Positions 22,301 through 31,735 of a stretch of 64,000 nt of DNA are shown here, in pieces. The notes under the pieces were generated by a model. That model was not told the origin of the DNA. It saw nothing but the letters and a program-made list of their open reading frames with translations, and did no database searches. The stretch covers positions 20,308,150 to 20,372,149 of the forward strand of contig NC_134026.1 of the NCBI RefSeq assembly GCF_964204645.1. Reading direction: 5' to 3'. Every line of letters begins with the position of its first letter. The stretch's first letter is position 1. The translations under genes were made by a program, and so were the position numbers. This DNA comes from Tubulanus polymorphus. Lineage: Eukaryota; Animalia; Nemertea.

Positions 22301-23958
22301 GGTTACATTTGCGAGAAGAGTTAGATAAAATCGTAGATAGGCCGGCGCCCAGTGGGCAAAGACGGGAAACGAACACGGCCGATAAGGGGTACGACAGCGA
22401 CCAACAGAAGAAAAAGCGAACATATCGTAATTCAAAAGATTCACCCGAAAAAGATCCCCGTAGTAGCGATAGTAGTATACTTCAGAAATGGAAAATTCCC
22501 ACACCTCATGAGGTCGAAAAATTTCTGGATACTGTCGTCGATGGTTTTGGTTTGGGACTGAGCGGAATGTTAATTAAGTCCTATGTTAAAGAGTCGATCA
22601 ACCCGGAACATCTGTCGGCAATGCTTCAACAGTTCAAAGAAGATCCGTTCGGATATCTACGAAGCGCGTACAACAACTACGTGCGTAAAATTGTAACATG
22701 GGTCGCTCCCTATTCGCCGAATTATATCCCGAAATTGTTGAAATGGTTTGTCGTATCGATAAAGCGGTTTGATCGGACGAAAATTCAATACGATAAACGA
22801 GAACTTGTTGATCTATGTTCCGAGATTGTGGAAAAGCTGGACAGCGATTTTAGTAAATCGAAGTCCGGTGGAAATGGCGTTAAACTAAAAGTTCCCGATC
22901 CTGGCGAGATCGAAAACCTCATAGATTCGGTAATTGGTAGTTTTGAGCAAGGCCCAGGTGCAGTATTGATTAAAAGCTATGCAAAAGATCTAGTCGACGC
23001 TCAACAGATCTCGGTGATTCTCCGTGAGCTACAAGACAACCCTATGACGCTGTTGGAAACGCTGCGTAAAGCTTACGAAAACTATGGTGGCGATCGCTAC
23101 ATAACGCCGTATATTCCAAAACCTATCATGCAACTTTTTTCCGAAATCGGCGTGAGTGGATTTCTAAAAAACATCGAGAACAACATGCAGTCGGATATCG
23201 ATAGATGGCCTTTGAACAAAAACGAGTCTATTTTTGTTGAAAAGGGTAATGGAAAACCGGACGCTAGGGCACCCGATCCAGAAAATGAGGAAGGATTCAT
23301 TGCGGGGAATGACCGGTATGCTGCGGTCGTGCCGCCGAATTGGCCTCACGAATTTCGCCATCTCCAGTAAGTCGAACAGCTCGCACGGCTTTCATTCATT
23401 TCTGGAAGATGGCAGAATTGTATGAACGCTAATGATATTCCCGATGCTTTACAATTTCAGGGACGTCAGCGCATCCAAACTGCTTTGTATTTCGTGTATG
23501 ATTCCTATAGCGACTTTATTAGTGGTGGCGTTGCTGGTAAAAATGTGAGTCTAATGTGAACGACATTATTTTTGTCTCCTGCGTCAGGTGTACTGAGTTC
23601 GTAATTATGCTTAATAATTTCGATCGTCGGAATATGCGAAATTGAGAAAAGTAGTACATATCCTGATCATGAAATACCTTTTCTATATTGCCATTGTAAT
23701 AGCAGTTAATAAGAGATTAACATATCCGTTCACAATGTGCTTTGAGCTTAATATCGTGCATATTATATTTACAGGCAGATTACTAAAAGCTCTGCACGTG
23801 AACCGTTATACATATCATGTCCGTTTATTTCCAGATTGCGTTTGGACATTCGATGGATCGTTTGGCGAAGAAGTACGATGATTTATATCCTATTGATCAT
23901 TTTACCATTTTATATATACGTTACCAATTGTTACCTGTGGTTTTTGTCGTCTACTTAA
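3674..23958 (+). CDS. Xylosyltransferase-like (GT14/Branch + Xylo_C-like) protein, ~1443 aa, 22 coding exons, with N-terminal SUEL-lectin-like domain and C-terminal membrane anchors
   Basis: Exons: 3674-4356, 5195-5294, 5549-5636, 6718-6797, 7350-7498, 7935-7986, 8804-8918, 9074-9137, 9230-9454, 9738-9840, 9913-10091, 10586-10760, 10869-10910, 19393-19469, 19558-19673, 20098-20288, 20390-20482, 21221-21299, 21403-21491, 21943-23366, 23461-23544, 23835-23958. All junctions are GT-AG and phase-compatible; total 4332 nt. XYLT/GT14 motifs occur in order: CRREILQVYC, PTRLGFLLLVH, IYRPWHYYVIHID, TSWGSYGILRAEL, WDFMINLSGAD, ASQW, IQDELY, CRHSEHVDACGRGP, FARKF, then LVNPAG and GFWTVQV. The core exons are more certain than the joins of exons 18-22. 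Confidence 0.8.
4594..4915. mobile_element. PIF/Harbinger-type MITE
   Basis: TIRs GCCTCGATCACACG / CGTGTGATCGTGGC flanked by TAA on both sides (4591-4593, 4916-4918); internal repeated GGGCCAAATT motifs. Confidence 0.75.
5709..5838. repeat. Short fold-back/MITE-like inverted repeat
   Basis: ATAAAAACCCACAGTTAGATCTGTAAAAACAGTTT pairs with AAACTGTTTTTACAAATCTAACTGTGGGTTTTTAT (one mismatch). Confidence 0.7.
6149..6179. repeat. (TATCT)n microsatellite
   Basis: About six copies of TATCT following an AATAAA; resembles a retroposon tail. Confidence 0.8.
7537..7839. repeat. Palindromic MITE-like element
   Basis: Nested inverted segments: GCGTAGGTCGG/CCGACCTACGC, CCATCCCCGCCAAA/TTTGGCGGGGATGG, AAACCCATAACGTGAAGT/ACTTCACGTTATGGGTTT. 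Confidence 0.7.
8184..8571. mobile_element. MITE with TIRs and internal GAGAAAACAAA sub-repeats
   Basis: TACGGTGGCTGATTCGGGCCA ... TGGCCTGAATCAGCCACCATA. The internal GAGAAAACA units switch orientation mid-element. Confidence 0.75.
9553..9675. repeat. Degenerate intronic inverted repeat (MITE-like)
   Basis: GTTCGTTCGGCAGAAAACCCT versus AGGGTTTTCCGCAAAACGAAC. Confidence 0.5.
11411..12243. repeat. 24-bp tandem array (CAAACAATTTATCATTTCAACTGT)n, ~33-34 copies
   Basis: Directly visible. Single-base variants recur, one unit near 11795 lacks 7 bp, and the end units are degenerate. There are no spacers. Confidence 0.95.
12296..12943 (-). CDS. Orphan 215-aa protein inside the Maverick-like element, with a C-terminal CxC...H...H zinc finger
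   Basis: Intronless ATG-started 648-nt ORF in very AT-rich DNA, unlikely by chance. Ends IHCYCGGKYLKSHKSKHYETIKHK, a CxCG-x-x-Y...H-x5-H type seen in large DNA virus and Polinton-like proteins. Confidence 0.7.
   Translation of the reverse strand: MSFNKSFVIKMKTEEEPNFKIEIKETNKSFSLFNIKNYISATNLVSARYYKIDDITMINQISSNETYLITELVDTFDNGVKNPKIFNTVLNFKGTLDENIINILQIPFNERNDDIILSKDYNDLINLRIEKRQLYYFNFDNKQIIYNENSSNIGIQCELDNEKSFKDIAVQCDLDDEFRKFNPNEKIHCYCGGKYLKSHKSKHYETIKHKNWRKE
13064..13395. repeat. Terminal fold-back: diverged internal copy of the left TIR paired with the right TIR
   Basis: 13064-~13200 repeats AGTAATAGGGGTAATGGGCTTTCAGG...ATTCTCACACGCTCGA with an ~11-bp deletion and several substitutions, in inverted orientation to 13254-13395. 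Confidence 0.9.
13514..13828 (-). repeat. 3' LTR (315 bp)
   Basis: Identical by eye to 18765-19079. On the minus strand it is directly preceded by the polypurine tract AAGGGTGAGGG (13829-13839). Confidence 0.95.
13990..17394 (-). CDS. pol: Pol: aspartic protease - integrase (H2C2, DDE, GPY) - reverse transcriptase - RNase H
   Basis: LLRDTGAS; H...GHLG...CRPC; DCVGPL / SDQGSNF / PESQGALERFH; KFHGPY; MPFG / YLDD; VDAS...NYSTIEKE...TDH. Confidence 0.95.
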   Translation of the reverse strand: MYSKSYNPFIVDALLSFESTDEPVSIKLLRDTGASQTLMLESLLPLSGSTFIGEHVLIRGVGSEIIKVPLHRVYLDSDLVRGSVVVGVQSSLPILGVSMLLGNDLAGGRVHINPLVTTDPLLNVDTESLEKTYPGIFPSCVTTRAMSRCADKIMGSKPCLENKEFSNEMVDLSDSFLGRIFDETSTGFISSNKDVSSRSNLIDLQNVEPEFKTFLNSASDSIESLTGTPSGYYFQSGVLMRKWRPPDVPASNEWKVYHQIVVPTPYRNDILSLAHETSLAGHLGVTKTYNKVLNHFFWPGLKRDVQNFCASCRPCQESGKPNQIIPPAPLIPIPAFGEPFAEVICDCVGPLPKTKSGFQYLLTIMCKATRFAEAIPLRNITAPLICKALVKFFTLFGLPTSVQSDQGSNFVSNIFQQVMYQLGIKQNISSAYHPESQGALERFHQTLKTMLRTYSTQHEKDWDEAVPFLLFAMREAVQESLGFSPFELVFGHQVRGPLKLIKERWLDKTDEINLLTYISNFKERLYSAWECARMHLKQAQGRMKTWYDKKARNREFKKDDKVLVLFPLKGHPFKAKFHGPYVVQEKVNDVNYIVSTPDRRKATQLCHVNMLKRYIDRPQSLGMISIAENNSNEICISNYIEDPLHLESDFDSSKLVPIAPGFNNSKAINNIDEKVCHLGSKEKDQLLQLINDNKHLFTDQPGLTSWASHDVDVGDATPIKQHHYRVNPQKGEIMKQEVISMIKMAVAEPSESEWSSPCLLVPKPGGKWRFVTDFRKVNAVTKSDSYPMPRVDDLIDRIGRAKYVSKFDLTKGYWQVPLSERAKEISAFVTPDGLFQYRVMPFGMKNSAPTFQRLMNKVVRGLVCVVVYLDDIIVFSDTWEEHLQQIKDLFHNLTEANLTVNLEKSEFGKATVKYLGHIVGQGQVRPIDAKVKAIIEYSPPSNKRDIMRFLGMAGYYRKFCKNFAQVTVPLTELLKKDAKFDWSETCEKSFQSVKHLLMSTPILAAPNFDKQFKLTVDASDSGAGAVLAQDDDDGLEHPLCFFSKKFVAAQKNYSTIEKECLSIILALEHFDVYTSMKIFPVVIFTDHNPLTFLYKMQNKNKRLMAWSVILQSYDLDIRHIKGRCNVVSDALSRS
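17364..18584 (-). CDS. gag: Gag: coiled coil, capsid/SCAN-like region, CCHC zinc knuckle
   Basis: YFLHFEKVA...WP, LKAYELVPEAYRQKFR, CNYCKKSGHTLSTC. Likely ATG at 18584 (MLPSVESF); the ORF track opens at a TTG at 18710. Confidence 0.9.
   Translation of the reverse strand: MLPSVESFIDSPSSEQIETLRKSELVQLAEHYNVSFRKSQKKEHIKLCIIEHCVKSGLLSDVEMQQAIPEKTENEAGETEATLIRRMELEFEAKERERERKHQLEIKRLESEHQLRFLELESRAPQGFPAHRNEFDVTRHIRLVPKFQEAEIDKYFLHFEKVANNLKWPRECWTLLLQSVLIGKAQEAYSSLYAEESADYDIVKTAILKAYELVPEAYRQKFRNRKKSPNETYVEFAREKETLFSRWCDSKDVKDYDSLKQLLLVEEFKQCINSDIRTYVDEQKIDSLSKAASSADDYALTHKISFESSSASNFPASDSRNVSKFQRNFNNHSNTQNWTQSRRNKGIWCNYCKKSGHTLSTCFSLQKKNERGENQRSETKPVLQQLNVLNPTLQFNHCIARVIIHL
18743..18759 (-). promoter_or_regulatory. 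Primer-binding site for tRNA-Pro
   Basis: Minus strand TGGGGGCTCGTCCGGGA, 5 nt downstream of the 5' LTR; matches the canonical tRNA-Pro PBS TGGGGGCTCGTCCGGGAT at 17/18 nt. Confidence 0.9.
18765..19079 (-). repeat. 5' LTR (315 bp)
   Basis: TG...CA termini. Minus strand carries TATATAAA followed by AATAAA. Followed by the PBS. Confidence 0.95.
20820..21069. mobile_element. CAGGGG-ended MITE family, copy 1
   Basis: CAGGGGTAAATCCA...AGATCCACACCTG; interior aligns with 39186-39410. Confidence 0.6.
21720..21902. repeat. Partial MITE-like repeat with ~20-bp TTTCGTTCCCACG units
   Basis: Five spaced copies of TTTCGTTCCC-like motifs ending at CCATGTCACCTCCGGGGCTCCG. Confidence 0.5.
21943..23366 (+). 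CDS. Large 1424-nt exon 20 of the XYLT-like gene (the 467-aa ORF), encoding a duplicated ~90-aa helical module
   Basis: Acceptor catttcag at 21942 is in frame with the ORF; donor GTAAGT at 23367 overlaps the apparent stop. Internal repeat KIPTPHEVEKFLD...LIKSY...YIPK versus KVPDPGEIENLID...LIKSY...YIPK. Confidence 0.75.
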
Positions 23959-24059
23959 CGGAATACCGGCAGCGCTACCGAGGGAAGCGAGGCTCAGCGA
24001 TAATCCACCAGGATCGCTAGTGGCACTGGGTTTAATACTGCGCTTCAAATCTTCTTTAT

Positions 24060-24383
24060 TTCAATGGAGTATCGGCACCAACCAGATGGCGCTATAATAC
24101 ACTCAATTATACGCAGTGAAAACTAGTTATTTTTCAGGCTCCCGAATGGTAATGTTGTCGAATAAGTCATCAAATAGATTTAAGATTGACGTTCCCAATA
24201 AGTGCATGGTATAGCTTTATTAGAAATTGATTTACTAATTAGAAAAGTTGACTCGAATTTAATTGAAATGTAGCAGAAATTGAAGCGCGTTAACCGTGTA
24301 AACACTAGCGAACCTGGCGGATCCTCGCCTGCCATACGTGGAATCCTCGATTGCCACAGTAGCGATGCCGGTACCACATTGAA
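24060..24383. mobile_element. MITE; a related copy (~13402-13513 plus 19080-19312) is split by the Gypsy element
   Basis: Termini TTCAATGGAGTATCGGCA / TGCCGGTACCACATTGAA. GCGGATCCTCGCYTGCCATACGKGGAATCMTCGATTGCCACAGTAGCG is shared with 19248-19295. Confidence 0.65.
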
Positions 24384-27300
24384 TTCACGTCAATTTTCTG
24401 ATTAGTGAAACAATTTTCGGTGATATCTATTCCATACATTGAGTGGGAAGGGGAATCTAAAATCTATCCGAGTTCAAATTTCATCGGAAATGAACTGATT
24501 TTTAACCCAATGTTTTGTTGCGCCATCTGATGTTGCCGGTATCCTGTCAGCGCGACTAGTACGTTTTTCCGAAGACGGCCTTCGTTATGCTATATTGTTG
24601 TTGAGATGTGCTCAAAAACGAATTTCTAATTTGATCTAGTTTAATTATTGAGACGTTGTATTATTGTGGATTCCATTGCGCTTGCGGGTTTACTGAATAT
24701 ACCAGAACAAACTTTATTTCAATTGGTTTATGAAATTGAACTAAAGTTATTTTAGATCAAGATTACGCAATTGCGTAAACTGGTAACTTTAACTTTTTCA
24801 TTACTATGGGCGTAAAGTCGATTCTTGTATAAAGTTAATTGATTTTGGTAAGTTATTATAAGCATTTGTGTTGTCCCTGTAGGAAAATGGCGATGGAAAA
24901 ACCATAGACAAAACAAAGAGCTTTTTAATAGTTATGGATATATTTTTGGAAAACGTCTATATATATTTTGGGACATTGGCTAAATAGATAAAAACATTTT
25001 ATAGAAATTGAAAATTAATCTTACATATATGTTTTATTACGCAGGCCCGGAGCCAGGGGGGTTCGTCGGGTGAAAGAAAAGGTCCGCAATTTTACCGATG
25101 AAGGAAATTGCCCCCAAGAAAACTGATCGATCTATTTGCTACTCTGCACCCGAGACGTAAGCGACTGCAAAGTGTCTTATTGTTAAGTGATAATTATATG
25201 TCATTTTCATATTCAGTGTTTTGATGTTTTCTGATCAGACTACCAGATATTGACACCAATATCTGAATATTGAGCCTTCGTCGCTTGGCTTTACTAACGC
25301 GGTTTAGGTCCGCTTGTAATGTAAATCGCACCCCACCATGGAGGGTCCAGGCTACCGGCCTGTTAAGTGTGATGCGATGTTTCGACCTGTTTTTGGTAGA
25401 TGTAATTTTTTATTGTGGGTCCTTCTTTGGTAACCAGTTATCACGAAGCCGTGACCGTATTATCACGAAAAACCCAGTATACACTAATTTCCTGAAACTA
25501 CGAATTATGTTGATATGTACGTATGTAACATAATTTGGGGAATAAGAAAACAACCTCGAGATCTGTCTGAAGCAAAGACGATTTAGAATTTTTGTTGAGA
25601 TTTGTTTTTGGAGTCTACAACCTGAGCATGCAACACTCCGGTGGATTCAAACGCGATGATGGCTACGTTTGCAACCGGTCGTCGCCAGATTTGGAATCAA
25701 TCGATTTTGGAATCAATTCACACATACATAACGTGGGGATATCACAATCATCAGCATTGAATGTTACCATTTCTTCATCGATATCCTATGTTCGTTGGGT
25801 CCTAGGCTCGCGAAGGTCATTCACGATGACTGTGCAGGCGATCGCGCCTTATTAACACACGTTCCAAAACTACACGCCTTAAGGCGCGAAGTATGTATTT
25901 TAGTTATCGATATAAATGATCAAATTAAGCTTGATAATATTAGAGACGTATTCATATGGCGGTAATCATTTCAGAATTGCCAACAGTCAATAGGAGATGT
26001 ATCGGGTTTAATTATATTTTTTGTCGCGCAGAGTGATCAGGCGATGAATGTATAAATACATTTCTCAAGCGTCGGCGCTTTTACTCTCGCACTTCTGTAT
26101 CATATCGTGTTGCTTCCAACAGTTAGAATATTACACACGTGAATATCGAAAACGGGCGATTTTTCATCGCGGCAGTAGTATTAATATCCGTCGCCAGACG
26201 ACGACTTTTCTCTAATATCGCGCTCGAAAAACGACAACGATCTGCTGCTGTGCGCCACTCGAGAACGGCGACGCCATCGAGCAACGAACCAGTTTTTTGT
26301 ATTTATTAATAATTGCCGCGCTCTTTCAGCGCAGCTTCGTGTCAGCACTGTTTACAAATGCGGGTGAACAATGGAAGAAGAGCCGCTCTTCAAGGCAATC
26401 AAATATTTCCCCCTTCGTCATTTCTATATCCGTCTGCTTTTAAGATCTGATTGAAGAGAGATGCGCGGCTAGGACGCATTTTGATATGTGCTGGTATATG
26501 CAGATGCGACGTATACACGCACACACACACACGCGCACAAAACTTGAGGGAGAGGGCCCATTATACATTTCATCAAGATAAAATATATTTCATCAGATAA
26601 AATTCTTTGGTAGGCTGCCATTTTCTTGTCAATAATCATAAGCGCTCGGTCGATGAACGATGCAATGAACATCGCTTTCTGCGAGTATCCGAACATCTTC
26701 CGCCGGCGAATAGGGAAATAAATATCGCAAAGCAAATCAAACGTGGCTATTTTTTTATTTCCACAATCCAGGGGCCGTTTCTTCACAGACGAAAAACTCA
26801 ATACACATGGGGAAATTTGTTGAAATGTTAAGTTCGCCGGTGAAACTGTCCCAAGGCCAGTATTTCATAATATGCGATGTTTGCCTATCAAGTTAGCCAC
26901 TCTAGAATTGCGATCGACTTTTGTATTTTAATATGTGTCCAATTATTGCTGTAAATATCCAATTAAAATTTCGTATTAATAAATAACAGGGCCATCTCTA
27001 TTTCATAATCAAAAAGTTTTAACATAAGCGAAACATATGATTCAAAAAGATAAGAATTTTTTAAAAACTATCATCGAAATGCAATATCGTTTTAACGAGA
27101 ATCGTAAAAAGGGTGTACTTTTTAATTTCGACATGTCCTATAACCGTTATTTGGAAGGAGTGATCGTGTCCACGTGCATTGATATTCATTTGGGGTAGAA
27201 AAAAACTACTAAGGTCAATCTCAATGTGACCGAATTGTTTCTGCTGTTTATAGCTGAGGCTTCTTTCTAGTTTGTGATGAACATCTCGCCAAATTGTGTG

Positions 27301-27823
27301 ATGACTCCAATCGCCTTTTATCAACAGCCTTCGGTGATACGTACGTATACGCCTGATAATCCCCGCTTCAAACGCCGCTTCGGCAAGTTGTTTTGCTCGT
27401 CTGGCGAAAAAGAAAACATTTTTTGATTAACTACTCCCCGGCGCGCACCGTGTACACCCGGGGTGCGGCGATATTCTCGACAAAAAGAACCTACATCGGG
27501 CTCCGCTAGTGCGTAATCAGCGCGCTGATCACCGCGGGATTAGACGGACGTCGCTTTTTGATTAGGCGCGAGAAAGAAAAATAATGTCATACGTATATGA
27601 ACAACGATGGTGACACGCCCAGATTCACCGGCAACAGGCCCATCGCTCGTTCGTTCGTAAAAGTTTCCCATTCGGCGTTTCTCCTTTGAATGCACGAAAT
27701 ATAATTCACGATTCAACACGCATTTAGATTATCAATAATTTAATATTCCTTGATTTTTGAAGCCACTTAAAATTGTCACATAAATGCGATATCTTTCACC
27801 ATACCATTCAATGTGTATTTGTG

Positions 27824-28010
27824 TGAGAGATGGAGATATGGAGAGGGAGGGGGTTAAGGGATAGGAATAGAGGATAAAGGGTAGGAGAGATGAGAGAATA
27901 TAGAGAAGAGTGAGAGAGAGGGAGAAAAAGGGAGAGAGTGGAGAGAGGAACATAGGGAGAAGGGAAGGGGCGAAATGACAGCGGGGTGGATTGGGGAAGG
28001 GGACGAGAGA
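27824..28010. repeat. GA-rich low-complexity polypurine tract
   Basis: Degenerate (GA)n/GGGA runs. Confidence 0.8.
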
Positions 28011-28846
28011 ATTTGTTTCACATAGACCATTGTGCCCTTTTCGTCTGCTTCCAATAGAGCACTGTTCCGATCGCTGTTTGGCCCAAACGTCGTAGTTAAA
28101 TAGTTTACAAAAATCTACACAACAAATGCTACAATGTACATTTCGTGATTATGCTGCATGTTTTTTTTTTACAAGTTATACACGTTAATAATATGTATCC
28201 ATATATTATATTCAGAACAACCATTTATATCACATAGATAATAATGTCACTTTTTCAGAACACAAGTTGCAGCATTTTATACCACTCCAAGACGACTCCA
28301 CTTTTTTCATAGGAATATTACATCTATCTAGTTAATAAGTAGGGTATGCACCAGTAGCTTCGCGCTTCGTATATGGTTGATGAAACTAATAAATGCAAAA
28401 TGAAGTAATGATTTCAGCATAGAATGCACGCCGGTTCCAGGTGCCTTCGATAAGTGGCGCAAGGACTAGAATATTTCGTCGCCCTTATCAAAATGCGTCC
28501 AACAGATCCACCGGAAATCTCCCCCACAATAAGACTATGCGCGTTGTTACACTTCCGAGAGACAGTGTGGTCGGTGTATATTATATTCGATTATCTCATC
28601 GAATGTCTTTTTCGACGATTTTCGGTGCGATCGTATACGAAACAATGATGATAATTTCGGCTGTTTAGTTCTCCGCAAGCGCGTGCGTGCGCGATTCGCT
28701 GTGTCGTCTGTCCATCGCTATAACGGCCGTATAAACACTTCGACTCGACGTTATTACGGTTGAAACGCACACACACACACACTATATGATAATAGTAACG
28801 AACTCATAGCAGCAGAAAGACCGAAACCTATATCGTATATCGATTA

Positions 28847-30925
28847 TCATGTCCGGCCGTCGTCCACAAAACTCCGCAATAAAGATTGTTTTTTCATGCG
28901 GCATTCGCATCCACTTCTGACCAGGATATTTTCCAGTTTCCAGTCTTCCACGCTTAAGTTTTGTCCGTCGCCCGTGTGCACGTCACAGCCGGTGTTTTGC
29001 CGTTGAAATATGTGCTGGTACATGGTTCTCTGACCGCATTTCCCATGCCCTGAAATATCATATTATATCATGAGATTTAGTTAGGCTAAGTAAGCCGTAT
29101 CTAGCATTTGAATTTTTTTTTCAATCTTAAAATAGGGATGGACCCTATTATTTATTCAATGGATAGATATCGTTTGATTTGTTTTGATTTGGTGTCCCTT
29201 GCCGACCCACCACACGTGCCGAGAGCGAAACAGGGGGTTTGATATTGAAATCGGAAATCGAAGTACAAATATAGTTGTTTGATTGGCGGTCAGAATATTT
29301 TGTTTAAATCGAAGTACATGATTGGGAAATTCGGTTTTGGTTCATTCAAACAATCTTCGAACCAGTCGTAACCGGCAAGAGCATTTGAATTTTAGGGGGG
29401 GGGGGGGGGTAGAGAAATCCTAGAAATTAAAGGCAGTTCTATAGCATATAACTTGCCCCCTGGTAAATACGGCCATGCTAAAAGGCACTTGGGCAGGTTG
29501 AGGGAAATTCTTTCTTATTTTGATGCCCGGGTGAGGTCACTTACATGTGCCGGAATGATACAAACAACCACTGTTACCCCCATGACTTTTCGTTAGGCCA
29601 CTAAGGCATATTACTTCGTTGAATTCTCTCGGGAAATAGTTGGACGGTAGAGTTGTTGTGGCTATACATGTTGTGCACAGTTCAAGGGCATTATCCGGAC
29701 TCGTATTTCCTCTTCGGTTACAACATTCAATCTTTGTAATCCATCCTGCGTGTGAAAAAATTACCCAAAAATGAAAGCCAATCATGATATGTAAAATGAT
29801 GAATTGAGACAAACAGCAGAATCTGCCACAAATGTCCCTGCGGTTATCGGCATACCTCGATTGTTGACTAGTCTTGTGTTTTCTATACCAAAACACTGAG
29901 GTGGAAGGCAGGATTTAGCTGGATTTTTCGGGCAGCGCAGTCGGGACTTTCCCCGACTCCGACCTCGTCCGCGGCCACGACCTCGACCCCGTCCACGCCC
30001 TCGCCGTTCGACGGATCGCCGTGACCTTCGGTCGTTGTCGTGTTCAGTTGTGCCTATCACATCTACTCTGGGTTCACCAGAAGTCTCATCGTCGTTCGGC
30101 AAATCCTTGAATAAAAAAACATACAGTTATTAATTGACAGGGACGTTCTTTTTTTCTATCTTTTCCTAGTTGAAACTCGACACATAGAAGTAGTATGAAT
30201 TGACCAAATTTCCGGTCAAAAACGTACACCGGATATTTGGACTTCCTAAGACTAAAAATCGCTGGAAAAGTTATAGGTCATCAGGAAATTGACTGAATCC
30301 GAACGAACACAATCCCCGCAGACTGGAAAGCCGAATGTAATAACTCATGATTTTGTGCATCGTTTAGTTCCCATAATTTCGGATCCCCGAAGTCCGCCCA
30401 CGCGCGGTATTTGTTTTAATGCGCAGGACGTGATCGGCATCTTACAATCGTACGACATTCAATCTTCATCTGAACAAAAAGTGTTTTGTATAGAGTTTGG
30501 GTTGAATTATGCGGTTAACCCTAAAGTGTTATGTCTACACGCAGTTCTCTTGATTAGATGAAAAACTACACAATATTCATGCAATGTAGTTAATGTACCC
30601 AACCGGTTTGTAAGATACTGTTCACCTTTAGCCGTTGGCGCATCGTAGGGGTTTTTTTAATTGAAATCCCCTGCATTATCTAGAAAGTAGGCTTACTTAC
30701 CACGCGTTTCCGCAAGCTGGGCAAATCGTATTGCAATTTGAGCATTAAGTTTAAATAATCCGGGTTTGATGACGACATTGTGACGTCATCGTGTTCAGGC
30801 ATTTGTCGATTGTCGTCGATGTCAGCAGACGATCTAGCTGTGCATACTGATGTCTGATTAACAATTACTTGAATTGAGTGGCCGAAGAAAACAGAATCTA
30901 GAAAAATAATAAACGCAGAAAACAT
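28847..30925 (-). CDS. Secreted cystine-knot-like precursor: pro-domain, RRSRR cleavage site, RG tract and Cys-rich domain; 5' end uncertain
   Basis: Exons 30897 (or ATG 30925)-30701, 30105-29856, 29745-29545, 29049-28847; all GT-AG and phase-consistent. Cys domain: CC...LCTTC...LPSNYFPREFNEVIC...GCL...GKC...GCEC. YFPR..NEV.C and a terminal CxC recall the Trunk/PTTH/Noggin-like/IL-17 cystine-knot superfamily. A possible upstream exon at 38748-38670 (MRSKIVMKVFFLISF...) has the right phase but is speculative. Confidence 0.75.
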
Positions 30926-31735
30926 ATATCGTTTATGTCGAATAGTGATTACCAGTGATAAAGACAGTGATTGTTCTGAACAACTTCGCGAGATTGTATA
31001 ATATTCAAGCAATATTGGGTTAAATCACTGAGGAAAGAAGCCGGCAAAAACGGGAACGAAAAAAGTCGCAGTTAACACTGCGCCATTATACGTCCAATAT
31101 GACGTTCGTGAACAATATACACATTTCCCTTCCTGTGTACGCGCAGTCGATAATCGTGATGTCACTAAAAACCGCTATATACGACTACGTCACCAACACG
31201 AAAGACAATGACGTAAATCAAAGCGGTGAAAGAAACAGGTGATCCACTATACCACCCCCGCCACCTCGTTTTTCTAATTTGTCGAAATGTCGGATGCATA
31301 TCAAAGGATATATCATATTAAGCGAAAGCAATAAATGATAAGCACGCGCAACGAAGAAATAACCGACCGTCTGCGCGTATACAGTCAATGATTAGCCGTT
31401 CCTTTTCTTCATTTGATGGATCGTCACCCTTGAACAAACTAACCGGCAGCGGCTCCTGTTTCCTTTTGCGAAAGGTCATTTGTTATAATTAACATGATTA
31501 GACGAAAACCGAAAGTTCGTTTCGAGACAATTCAGACGGCGGTGGGCGGTAAACGTCACGCAAAACAGGGCAATGCCATTAAGTTTAGCAGCATGTATTC
31601 CATCTTTGTCTCTCGAAGCCCCCGCTGCGCTCGTTCAAAATCGATACATACGACTTTTCGACAAAAATAGTCATTTTGGGTGACCGTTTAATATTGTGAC
31701 GCAAGATAATTTCTTTTATTTCTTAAAATGTGTTC

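Noticed and set aside
21967-23370. Stand-alone 467-aa intronless gene
   Set aside because: Bounded by an in-frame acceptor upstream and a GTAAGT donor overlapping the stop; better explained as an internal exon.
27732-28054. Hydrophobic Leu/Ser/Pro-rich ORFs
   Set aside because: Translation of the GA-rich low-complexity tract.
29394-29409. Poly-G run as a functional G-quadruplex
   Set aside because: An isolated intronic homopolymer in a degenerate repeat; no further support.
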